Shown one piece after another: positions 12,176-22,293 of a DNA stretch of 34,183 nt (its first letter is position 1; each line of letters begins with the position of its first letter). The stretch spans positions 40,649,073-40,683,255 of the forward strand of contig NC_057719.1 in NCBI RefSeq assembly GCF_004010195.1, given 5' to 3'. Made by a program: the position numbers and the translations under genes. The notes below the pieces were generated by a model. That model had not been told where the DNA came from and made no database searches. It saw only the letters and a list, made by a program, of their open reading frames with translations. The DNA is from Chiloscyllium plagiosum. Taxonomy: Eukaryota.

Positions 12176-12530
12176 CATAGAAACTTAGAAAATAGGAGCA
12201 GAAGTAGGTCATTCAGCCCTCTGAGCTTTCTCTACCATTCATTATGATTATGATCATCCAACTTAGTATCCTTGTTCCTGCTTTCCTCATATCTTTTGAT
12301 CCCTTTACCAACAAGTGCTATATCCAACTCCTTTTTGAAATCGTACAAAGTTTTGGCCTTGAATGTTTTCTGTGGTTGTGAATGCCAGAGGCTTGCACTC
12401 TTTGCGTGAAGAAATTTCACCTCATCTGATTCCTAGATCGATGATCTTATATCCTTAAACTGTGACCCTTGGTTTTGGACTGCCTCACCATTGCAGGAAC
12501 ATCCTTCCTGCATCTACTCTGTTTCATGAG
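12176..12530 (-). mobile_element. CR1 LINE 3' end (older subfamily)
   Basis: catagaaacttagaaaataggagcagaagtagg tail; minus frame FKKELDIALVGKGIKRY. Confidence 0.85.
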
Positions 12531-12719
12531 ATATTAAGTGTATGTTTTATCTTTTAGAAATAACTTGGGTGTTTTTTTTGCAACAGCTTTCTCTTTCTCA
12601 TATCCAGAAATGCTTTGCAACCAATAAAGTAGCTTGGACTCTGTCAGTTTGTACAAATCAGTCACAACATCAGCAATGAGATGAATGCTGAACTAATTTA
12701 TTTGTGCTTGCCAGTGATG

Positions 12720-13680
12720 CTTCACTCCTCAGCCTCTGATGCTCCAGGGGCAATAGCCCCAGTTTATTCAAGCTCTCCCTATAGCTCAAGTCCTCCAACC
12801 CTGGCAACATCCTTGTAAACCTTTTCTGAACCCTTTCACATTTCACAACATCATTCGGAAAGGAGGGAGATCAGAACTGCATGCAATATTCAAAAAGTGA
12901 CCGAACCAATGCTTTTCCAAAATGCAGCACCTCACATTTATCTAAATTAAACTCCATCTGCCACTCCTCAACCCACTGGCCCATCTGATCAAGATCCTGT
13001 TGTACTCTAGGTAACCTTCTTCACTGTCCACTACACCTCCAATTTTGGTGTTATCTGCAAACTTACTAACTATACCTCTTATGCTCACATCCAAATCATT
13101 TATATAAATGATGAAAAGTAGTGGACCCAGCACCGATCTTTGTGGCACATCACTGGTCACAGGCCTCCAGTCTGAAAAGTAACCCTCCACCACCACCCTC
13201 CGTCTTCTACATTCAAGCCAGTTCTGTATCCAAATGGCTAGTTCTCCCTGTATTCCATGAGATCTAACCTTGATAAACAGACTACCATGAGGAACCTTGC
13301 CGAACGCCTTTCTGAAGTCCATATAGATCACGTCCACCACTCTGGCCTCATCAATTCTCTTCGTTACTTCTTCAAAAAACTCAATCAAGTTTGTGAGACA
13401 TGGTTTCCCATGCACAAAACCATGCTGACTATTCCTAATCAGTCCTTGAGTTTCTAATTGCATATAGGTTCTGTTCCTCAGGATTCCCTCCAACAACCTG
13501 CCCACTACCGATGTCAGGCTCACTGGTCTATAGTTCTCTGGCTTTCCTTACCACCTTTCTTAAACAGTGGCACCACATTAGCTAACCTCAAGTCTTCCAG
13601 CAACTTACCTGTGACTATCGATGATACAAATATCTCAGCAAGGGGCCCAGCAATCATTTCCCTAGCTTCCTACAGAGTTC
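12720..13680 (-). mobile_element. CR1 LINE ORF2 fragment (RT core)
   Basis: ORF 12942-13523 with [40 protein letters not shown] and SKFADNTK. Confidence 0.95.
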
Positions 13681-13689
13681 GAGTACTTA

Positions 13690-15565
13690 GAAATGAACGC
13701 ATTGTGAACACTGGAACTCCATTTTGAAATATTTAAGATGAGTCAGACCAATTGAGGATGTGACTACTAGAATAAATAAGGGAGATCAAGTCCACATGGA
13801 GTATTTTTATTTTCAGAAGGGTTTTGGTGAAGTCATTATCAGAGACTAGTCAACAAAGTTAAAGCACATTCAAGCTTTGTATCCAAATGGCTAGTTCTCC
13901 CTGTATTCCATGAGATCTAACCTTGCTAACCAGTAGAAAAAAATAGTTTTTTTTTGAGTAGCAGGCAGTGACTAGTGGGGTGCTGCAAGGATCAGTGCTT
14001 GGGTCCCATCTATTCATGATGTATATAAATGACCAGGAGGAGGGAACAAAATGCAATATTTCCATGTTTGCTGATGACACAAAACTAGGTAGGATTGTGA
14101 ACTGTGAAGGGGAGATAAGGAAGCTTCAAAGGCAAGCTGAGAGAGTGAGTGAGCAATCAAATGGCAGATTAAGTACAATGTGTTCAAATGTGAAGTTATA
14201 TATTTCAGTGTGAAAACAGGATGGAAGAGTAATAATAAATTGGTGATACTTTGGGAAGTGTGGATATGCAGAAGGATCTGGGTGTCGTTGTACACTAGTC
14301 AATGAGAGTAAATAGACAGATGCAGCAAGTAATCAGGAAGGCAAATAATATATTGGGCCTTTATTGAAAGAGAATTTGATGATTTACTGCCTTGTTAAGA
14401 AGACAGCGAGTATTGTATGCAGTTTTGATCTTCCAACACGAGAAAGGATACATTTACCATACAGGTTCACTCATCTGAAACTAAGGATTAGTTCAACTGG
14501 GCCTGTATTTATTAGAGTTTAGAAGGTAAGAAGGAATCTGATTGAAACATATAAAATTCTAACAGGACTGGATAAACTAGATGCAGGAAGAATATTTTCC
14601 CTGGCAGGTGGGTTTCAAACCAAGGGACCTAGCCTCAGGATGTGGGGTAGACCATTTTAAGGCTCAGAGAAAGAGAAAATAGACCTTGGAGAACAGGTTC
14701 ATAGCTCCTTGAAAGTGGAGTCACAGTAGACATGATAGTGAAGGAAGCTTTTGGTATGCTTTCCTTTATTGGTCAGAGTATTGAGTACAGGAGTTGGGAG
14801 GTCATGTTGCGGCTGTACAGGACATTGTTTAGGCCACTGTTGGAATATTGCATGCAATTCTGGTCTTCTTCCTATCGGAAAGATATTGTGAAACTTGAAA
14901 GAGTTCAGGAAAGATTTACAAGGATGTTGCCAAGCTTGGAGGATTTGGGCTACAGGGAGAGGTTGACTAGACTAGGGCTGCTTTCCCTGGAGTATCGGAG
15001 ACTGGAGGGTGACCTAATAGTGGTTTATAAAATCACAAGGGACAGGATTTCCCATTCTCTGTGGTGGGGGAGTCCAGAACTAGAGGGCATAGGTTTAGGG
15101 TGAGAGGGGAAAGATATAAAAGAGACCTAAGGGGCAACTTTTTCACACAGAGAGTGGTATGTGTATGGAGGAAGTGGTGGAGGCTAGTACAATTGCAACA
15201 TTTAAAAGGCATCTGGATGGGTATATGAATAGGAAGGGTTTGGAGGGACATGGGCTGGTTGCTGGCAGGTGGGACTAGATTGGGTTGAGATATCTGGTCG
15301 GCATAGACAAGTTGGACCGAAGGGTCTGTTTCTGTGTTGTACATCTCTATGGCTCTATGAAATGTATCTGATTAAAGGACCACGAACCTCTACCATTAAA
15401 GGCTGGGGATGCTGAATATATACAAGAAAGAGAGAGATAAATGTTTTGATTTTAAAGGCATCAAGGGACATGGAGAAAAAGTGGAAATCTGACATTGGGA
15501 TAGAGAATCCCTGTAGAATGGAGAAGTAGACTGGAGGGACTGAATGGCCTGCTCCTACCTTCTCT
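13690..15565 (+). mobile_element. Older CR1 LINE, interrupted by a younger CR1 at 14680-15360
   Basis: TSGVLQGSVLG and SMFADDTKLG (13968-14213); 3' end gagggactgaatggcctgctcct at about 15534-15556. Confidence 0.85.
14680..15360 (+). mobile_element. Younger CR1 3' portion nested in the older CR1
   Basis: ORF 14732-15103 with RPLLEYCMQFW and LERVQERFTRML; tail ctctatggctctatga; same subfamily as the copies at 21161, 23105 and 25591. Confidence 0.93.
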
Positions 15566-15762
15566 TGCTAAGTTTACTTTTAGTCTTTCTTCTGGGTTCC
15601 CAGCTCAGTAGCTGCAAGGACGTGAAGTCCAGTTAAAGAACCAGACAAGATACCGTGTGAAAAACAGCAGCTCCAATATTGCAACGTCTCCAGCAATGTG
15701 GTTGGAGATTGCAATGTTCAAAGCTCCTGAGTGGAATTTGAATCCATGACTGTCCAAAGTGT

Positions 15763-15858
15763 GGGGAAGGGGGGAGGTGGGCCTGTCAGGGTGGTACAGC
15801 CGCCGTCCCGGCAATGCTTCTACAAATAAAAGGCGTTGTTTTCCCGGTATTTCAGAAG
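15763..15858 (+). promoter_or_regulatory. Candidate distal core promoter of the miR-203 host transcript
   Basis: G-rich Sp/KLF-type tract 15763-15794, CpG cluster, TATA-like AATAAAAG at 15825-15832, and Inr-like TCAGA with the A at 15854 (29 nt downstream). Inferred from motifs only. Confidence 0.4.
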
Positions 15859-16108
15859 TACCTTAACTACATCCATCAAAGCGCGCATGTAAATATATAT
15901 CTTTTTGAAAATTTGTCTTGTTGGACTATTTGTTTGAATGTGTGTGCGTTAGCGTGTTGGGTGGAGTGTCCATTGCTGTCTTCCCAAACCAGTTTAGCAG
16001 TTGTGCTTTTACTAGGGGTTGTTTCACTGTCGTTTCTGACAGGCTTGGTCAGGACAGATAAGTACATGCGGTTATTTTTTTCTCTCTCTCTGTCTCTCCT
16101 CTTAACAG

Positions 16109-16179
16109 AGAAGATGCAGTAGGTGTTGCAACCTGGAAAAACTGGTCATGTCAGGAGGGGACTTCATTCCTCTGTTAAG
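16109..16179 (+). ncRNA. Putative 71-nt internal exon of the miR-203 host gene
   Basis: Long pyrimidine tract 16075-16103 ending in AACAG (AG at 16107-16108); donor AAG|GTATGC at 16179/16180. Confidence 0.55.
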
Positions 16180-16205
16180 GTATGCATGCGACTCCCTGGA
16201 ACAGC

Positions 16206-16424
16206 TATAAAAAGGGGCACCCGGCAAAGCCGCTTGTACAGAAGGCAATCAGGAAGTGTTTGTGTGTAGCACACATCTGTGTTAATGAGCAGTATGAGTT
16301 TGTCAGGTTAGCGGCTGTCCTGGTTGAAATCACCTTGTACGGATATTTTTTGGAGATGGTACAGGGGAGATTCTGTGAAATCTTTGCGATCACAAACGTC
16401 CCTATGGGGGCAGCGAAGGAAGCA
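16206..16424 (+). promoter_or_regulatory. Candidate proximal TATA promoter and alternative first exon of the miR-203 host
   Basis: Canonical TATAAAAAG at 16206-16214, ETS-type CAGGAAGTG at 16250-16258, consensus donor GCA|GTAAGT at 16424/16425. Confidence 0.4.
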
Positions 16425-16554
16425 GTAAGTGGAAACCAGGGTGGAATTAAGAAGCTGGGAAATCTCGAAGAATTGGATCGCTCTATTACTCTGAATGTGA
16501 ACTCTGTGTGGTTTTTAACTGTTGCTACATTGATTCTCTTTTTTTTATTGCTAG

Positions 16555-16760
16555 CTGTTCCCTCGGATTTTTGGAGAACGGGCTCAAGTCACATGCTGGT
16601 CAGATGGCCAAGAGAATATTTAAAGGGACCCTGCTGATGCCGCGCCTGCAGGTTACAGTCCTCCGGGTGCAGTGGTTCTAAACAGTTCAACAGTTCTCTA
16701 TCGACATTGTGAAATGTTTAGGACCACTTGATCCGCAGGACACTGACCGCCAGATAAGAG
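16555..16760 (+). ncRNA. Putative host-gene exon containing pre-miR-203 (3' end not determined)
   Basis: Branch-point-like TTTTAAC at 16513-16519, pyrimidine tract 16534-16549, acceptor CTAG at 16551-16554. Confidence 0.5.
16656..16745 (+). ncRNA. mir-203: microRNA miR-203 precursor hairpin (5p from 16671; mature 3p 16709-16730)
   Basis: 3p GTGAAATGTTTAGGACCACTTG is the conserved vertebrate miR-203 mature sequence (fish-type UUG end). 5p AGTGGTTCTAAACAGTTCAACAG pairs with it. Lower stem gtcct/aggac; CNNC motif (ccgc, 16747-16750) 17 nt past the 3p end. Confidence 0.97.
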
Positions 16761-17029
16761 TTGTGAATGTTGCTTTGGAAACTGTGTCTTGGCGTTGTTA
16801 GATTTGCATACTGTAAACTGGGTTACATTTTATTCCAGAAACAGGTGTGCCAGTACTTTCCTATTGTATACAAACCAATAATACTTGTCCTCTGCCAAGC
16901 TGCTTCAGTTGCCCCTGAAACTGGTTACTTACAGAGAAACTGCCTTCCAAATATTTTACAAACAGGAGGCAGCTACACAGTTCATCACTGCTTCTGCTAG
17001 CTCTTTCAAAGAACCGGCACGTGTCGTCC

Positions 17030-17460
17030 GACATTCAGTCTCTTTCCTGTAAATTTATCTCCTGATATCTGTTCAACTCCCATTTAACATTGTTTACGGC
17101 ATTCGCTTCAGTGTCTGAGAACTGAATGGAAAATGTCCTCATCATTTCCAATCTAGATATTTTGGGAATGTGTTTGAATCTAGATCCCTCTGGTTATTGA
17201 TCCCTGACAGAGGGGATAGTTTTTTCTATAGTTATCAAAGCCTCTGATCTTGGAATTATGTTAACTTTGGCTTCTAAAAAGGAAACTTCCAATTGTTCCA
17301 ATATTCCCATGTAAACAAAACTCATTCATCGCTGATCACACCCTTGTTAAAACTTCCTTTGTGTCCTTTCTAAAGTTTTTATGTTTTTCAGACATATAGC
17401 TCTCAATTGTCTGCGGTATTCCAACTCTGTCCTGGCCAATGATTTATGCATTTCTAATTT
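17030..17460 (-). mobile_element. Ancient CR1 fragment
   Basis: Weak similarity to other minus CR1 copies (acccttgttaaaacttcctttgtgtcctttctaaag; gtattccaactctgtcctggccaatgatttat). Confidence 0.55.
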
Positions 17461-18104
17461 TTTTTGCAGTGTAAAATATATGTATTTGTAAAAATTCTGT
17501 TCTGTTGAACTATTTTGTGATGGTTCAGGCAGTGACTTGCATTTATGTAGTTACCTTCAATGCCTTTTTATTCCCAGAGCTGCTGTACAGACTGGAAGAC
17601 CTGAATTTTGATTTCTATTGTGTTCTGAGTTAGTTAGCGGGAGCAGTAGAGTTGGGTTTAGTTCCCCATGAATTGTAGAGGTGAAAAGCAGTTTCAGTTC
17701 CCACATCTCACTACTGTTACCCAACTTTTAATGAAATTTTATATGTTCTGTTAAGACAGAGGCAGCTAAGTTTCTCTTGCATCTCAAAGAGACATGAATT
17801 GTCAAAGCATTCAAAGGAATAATGAACTTGATGTTGACTGTAATGATATCCAAATAATTTAAGTTGATTTCTTCAAGAGGTGGGGAAAGGTTAAATGAGA
17901 AAATAATATTTGCTGCAATTCACATCTTTTAATGAAAATGATACATAATATGGCTCTTCTTTTTCCCAAAATGTGATATCTGTTCCAAACAAACTTTCCG
18001 TTTTTAAAAAAAATTGATAAGCATGTTGTGAACTGGACATTTTTTGATTATGAATGACATTAAATGCAAAGCAATAAAGAAAAAGATGTAATGTGCATTG
18101 TTTG

Positions 18105-18500
18105 CAAACTCTCCTTGAAAATTTGATTTAATTCAAAGATTTGCCTTATTCTAACTGTATTGCACTTTCCATTTGTCACCACTATGCTTGCATACTTTGG
18201 TTTCCAGCCCTGCAAAAAATTGATTTTCAAAATTTTCATCGTTTTAAGTCCCTCCGTCGTCTTGCTCCTCCCTGTATCCGTTCCTTCGTGCAACACTCTG
18301 AAAGCTCCAATTCTCGCCTCTTAAATCCCTGATGTTCACCACTCCATCAGTGACTATATCTTGAACTGCTTAGACCCTAAGTTATTGGAACTCCTTTCTT
18401 GAGCCTCTGTTTCTCTCTCCTTTATTAAGATGCTTGTTAAAATCTAATGATTTGCTTAAGTATCTGCTCAAGTGACTCAATGCCAAATTCTGTTCCATCA
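18105..18500 (+). mobile_element. L2-clade LINE 3' fragment
   Basis: Degenerate match to the L2 C-terminal pattern (..FKI..FKSL..LAPP....LWNS..): gattttcaaaatt, tttaagtccctcc, cttgctcctccc, ttggaactcc. Confidence 0.65.
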
Positions 18501-18547
18501 AGTCACTTATGATAATAATATATCAATCTCTGCAAATCCTTTGAATG

Positions 18548-18645
18548 CTGATGATGAAACAGCAACAACCCAAAATATTAATTTGTTCTGTCCACAGATG
18601 CTGTTTTTAATTAGCTGAATATTTCCAGCACCTCTAGTATTTTGC
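18548..18645 (+). mobile_element. Highly decayed Penelope-like tail
   Basis: ctgatga followed by ccacagatgctg...ctgaatatttccagca. Confidence 0.45.
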
Positions 18646-19934
18646 TTTTCTGCACAGCTCTGATGCTATTTATCTTTTCCATTTTACTTTATTTGCATTT
18701 TAATGTGTTCATTTCCCACTAATGGAATTAAAGTTAGGTTAATCTTCAATTTGCATTTTTTCTGATATAAAAAGGCTTGGTATAATCTAATATTCTCTTA
18801 CACTCACTGCATTGATAGTTACACTTTAAATTTAAACAATTCCCAAAATGTCTTTATTTCATGACTGCCAACAGCTCAACTGCGTTTTAAATTAAGGTAG
18901 TAGATATCTGGTCTGTGTACGTTCCCCTGTTCCAAAAGGTGTTGTGCTGGTTGGGAAGGGAAAAAAAATCAAAATCCTGTTTCCTGCATCAAATTCTTAG
19001 CTATGCATTTGTTTAGTTAATTACTTTCCTATCAACAACATATGACATAAGTAACATTACTGGAAGTACTACCTTTTTAAGCTTTTTCCCCTAATATCCA
19101 GTACTTCACATGAAGATATCTGTTCTACTTCTCCCTATGCTATTTATACCCACATGGGCAAAAGCCATCGATTCCTCACCTTCTTCCTCTAGTATACTGA
19201 AGCCCAAGGAAACAACAATCAATTCAATTTGCACAGATTTCTATATGTAAATAAAAGAAGCAAATCCCTGAACACTATAACTTGTCTGCTACACTTCCTC
19301 TTTATTTTCAGCTCTTCCTGCTGTTGCCCTAATCAGTCCCAAATTCTGGTTCCCTTTATAACAAAAAGTCACTGTCTTCCTTCAGGTATTGGGATCTTGC
19401 CTCGCCCTCAATGTGGTCTCCATAAATATCTCATTGATTTAAAACCTTCTCCCTCTCTAATATTTTGAAAAATGAGTTGTTTTTCTTTCAACGTGGCTCT
19501 AATGAAAGTAAAGAGAAACTAAAATTCATAGGCACTTGATTAAAATATATCAAAAGCTCTACTATTTGTATTTCTATGGCTGCTACTTAATTTTGTAGCA
19601 ATACATTTGGTCATTTATAATTCAGGTGGATGGGAGTGGGAGGGGTACTCTCTATCACAACACACATTTTAGGTGCAGTAATGTAGTGAACAAAATGATA
19701 AGAACTAAACAGCATCAGAGCTGTGCAGGGTGAGGCTGAAGGAATGAACCATAGAGCTGCAATTTAATAACCATATGTTCCTCCAGGCAATAGGGTTCAA
19801 ATAGAAAATTTCAGAATTAAATGCAAAGTAACTGAAAAATAGACTTATACTCACTGATGATTTGTTTTAATATGGATTGGCAGATGCATTGAGGCTCCAC
19901 TCAATTGAAGTCTTCAACTGATCAATGCAGAACC

Positions 19935-20992
19935 ATGTAAACAAACTCATCTCTAAACTTCAAGACTTAGATCTTGGCTCCCCCGTCTGTTACTGGATCT
20001 TTGACTTCCTGACCCATAGATTGTAATCAGTAAGGATAGGTGACAACACCTCCATTGGTAATTCTTAACACCAGTGCCCCATAGGGCTGCATAATCAGTG
20101 CCCTGCTATACTCTTTATACACTCATGACTACATGGCCAAATTCCACCCCAAACTCCCTTTACAAGTTTGCTGCAGGCAGCACAATATTGGGTAGGATCT
20201 TAAACAATGATGAGACAGAGTGCAGGAAAGAAATTGAGTGCTTAGCAGCATGGTAAAATGACAACAATCTTTCCATCAGCATCAGCAAAATGAAGGAGCT
20301 GGTCATTGACTTCAGGAAGTGGAGTGGAGGGCACGCCCCTGTCTGCATCAATGGTGCTGAGGTGGAGATGGTTGGTGGCATCAAGTTCCTGGGAATGATG
20401 ATCACAAACTATCTGTCCTGGTTCATCCAAAGTCAAGAAAACAGAACACTGTCTCTACTTCCTCAGGAGGCTAAGGAAATTTGGCATGTTCACAAGTACG
20501 CTTACCAATGTTTATAGATTTATCATACAAAGCATCCTATCTGGACGTATTAAAACATGGAATGGCAACTACCCTTCCCAAGAGCACAAGAAACTACTGA
20601 GTTGTGAACATAGCCCAGTCCATCACACAAACCAACCTCCCATCCATTGACTCCATCTATGCTTCCCACTGTCTCGGGAAAACAATCAACATAATCAAAG
20701 ACCCCTCCCACTCCAGCTATACTCTTCCACCCTCTTCCATCGGGCAGAAGTTAGAAAGTACTAGCAGATTCAAGAACAGCTTCTTCCATACTGACATCAG
20801 ATTTATGAGCAGACCTCATAAATTGGAGTTGATCTTTTTATGCATCTTCTCTGTAGCTGTAATAGTATATTCCACATTCTGTTCTGCTATCCTGATGTAC
20901 TTCTGAAAGGCATGATTTGTATGGATAGCATGCAAACCAAGACTTCTCACTCTACCTCAGTGCATGTGAAAATAAAAACTCAATTCAAATCA
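19935..20992 (+). mobile_element. Rex1/Babar-type LINE, 3' half (RT to tail)
   Basis: KLISKLQDL, WIFDFLTHR, SALLYSLYTHD, KELVIDFRK and SRFKNSFF; ends ...catgtgaaaataaaaactcaattcaaatca. Confidence 0.88.
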
Positions 20993-20994
20993 GG

Positions 20995-22130
20995 TCAAAA
21001 AGATCATGGCCAATCTGATTGTAACCTCAAAACCACATTCCAACCTAGCCCTAATACCTTTCAACTCTTACTTAACATGAATCTACCCACCTCTGCCTTA
21101 AAAATACTCAAGTACTCCATTTCCACCACCTCTTCAGGGAGAAAGTTCCAAAGACGAGTAACCTTATAGAGCTTTATAAAATCATGAGGGGCATGGATCG
21201 GGTAAATAGGCAAGGCATTTTCCTTGGGGTGGGGGAGTCCAGAACTGGAGGATATAGGTTTAGGGTGAGAGGGGCAAGATATAAAAGAGATCTAAGGGGC
21301 AATTATTTCACGCAGAGGGTGGTGCTTGTGTGTAATGGGCTGCTAGAGGAAGTGGTGGAGGCTAGTACAATTGCAACATTTAAGAGGCATGTGCATATGA
21401 ATAGGAAGGGTTTAGAGGGATATAGGCCAGGTGTTGGCAGGTGGGAATAGATTGGGTTGGGATATCTGGTTGGCATGGACGGGTTAGACCAAAGGGTCTA
21501 TTTCTGTGCTGTACATCTCTCTGACTCTATGACCCTTAGAGAGAAAAAAGAAATCTTGGATTTAAATGGGAGAGCCCTGCTTTTTAAAGAGTGATCCCTA
21601 GTTTTAGATACTCCAATAAGAGGAAACATCGTCTCCACATCTACCCGTCTAAACATTTCAGATTTCAGTCAGGTCACCTCTTACTCTTTTAAAGGCTAGT
21701 CGATACAATCCTAGTCTGTCCAACCTTTCCTCTTAAGACACCCACTCATTCCCGATATTAGTCTAGTAAACTATCGCTAAATTGTCTCCAAAGCATTTAC
21801 ATTCTTCCTGAAATAAGGTGAACAACATAGTGCACAGTACACCAAATGCAGCTTCATCAGTGCCCTGTGTAACTGAACCAGACTCACCCTGCTTTTGTAT
21901 TAAATTTCCCTCCTGATAACTTATAATATTCTATAAACTTTGTTAATTGCCTGCTTTACCTACTTTCTAACCTTTTGTAATTCATGCATGAGGGTACCCT
22001 GAACTCTGCATCTCAGAGCTCTGCAATCTCTCACCATTTAGACAAAATGCTGCCTGTCAAAATGAACAATTTCACATTTTCCCAAATTATACCTTATTGG
22101 CCACATTTTACCCACTAATATAACCTATGA
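20995..22130 (-). mobile_element. Older CR1 3' portion, interrupted by a younger CR1 at 21161-21532
   Basis: Continuous CR1 antisense similarity on both sides of the insert (aagatcatggc...gagaaagttccaaagac, then agagagaaaaaa...atttcacattttccc). Confidence 0.75.
21161..21532 (+). mobile_element. CR1 3' end (younger subfamily)
   Basis: ORF 21184-21450 MRGMDRVNRQ...DLRGNYFTQRVV; ctctctgactctatga tail. Confidence 0.93.
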
Positions 22131-22213
22131 ATTTTTTTTGTTATGTCATATTAAAGGCAGAAGTTTATCCTGTTTTTCTTTTTTTTTAAATGCTTGGTTA
22201 AAAATAAAACAAA

Positions 22214-22293
22214 ACACCCCATAAGTTAACAGTGGAGTCGAATGTCTGCAGTCACACCCCATAAGTTAACAGTGGAGTCGAATGTCTGCAGTC
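22214..22293. repeat. Perfect 40-bp tandem duplication
   Basis: acaccccataagttaacagtggagtcgaatgtctgcagtc twice (22214-22253 and 22254-22293). Confidence 0.97.

Noticed and set aside
16182..16637. 151-aa ORF (and the 102-aa ORF at 15814-16122) as protein-coding genes
   Set aside because: No recognisable domain. Their hydrophobic stretches are translated polypyrimidine tracts, and both run through apparent splice signals.
17575..17725. Possible ancient tRNA-derived SINE remnant
   Set aside because: Only a vague resemblance; no clear A or B box, so not supportable by eye.
22214..22293. CRISPR-like array
   Set aside because: Two abutting copies with no spacer, in a vertebrate context.
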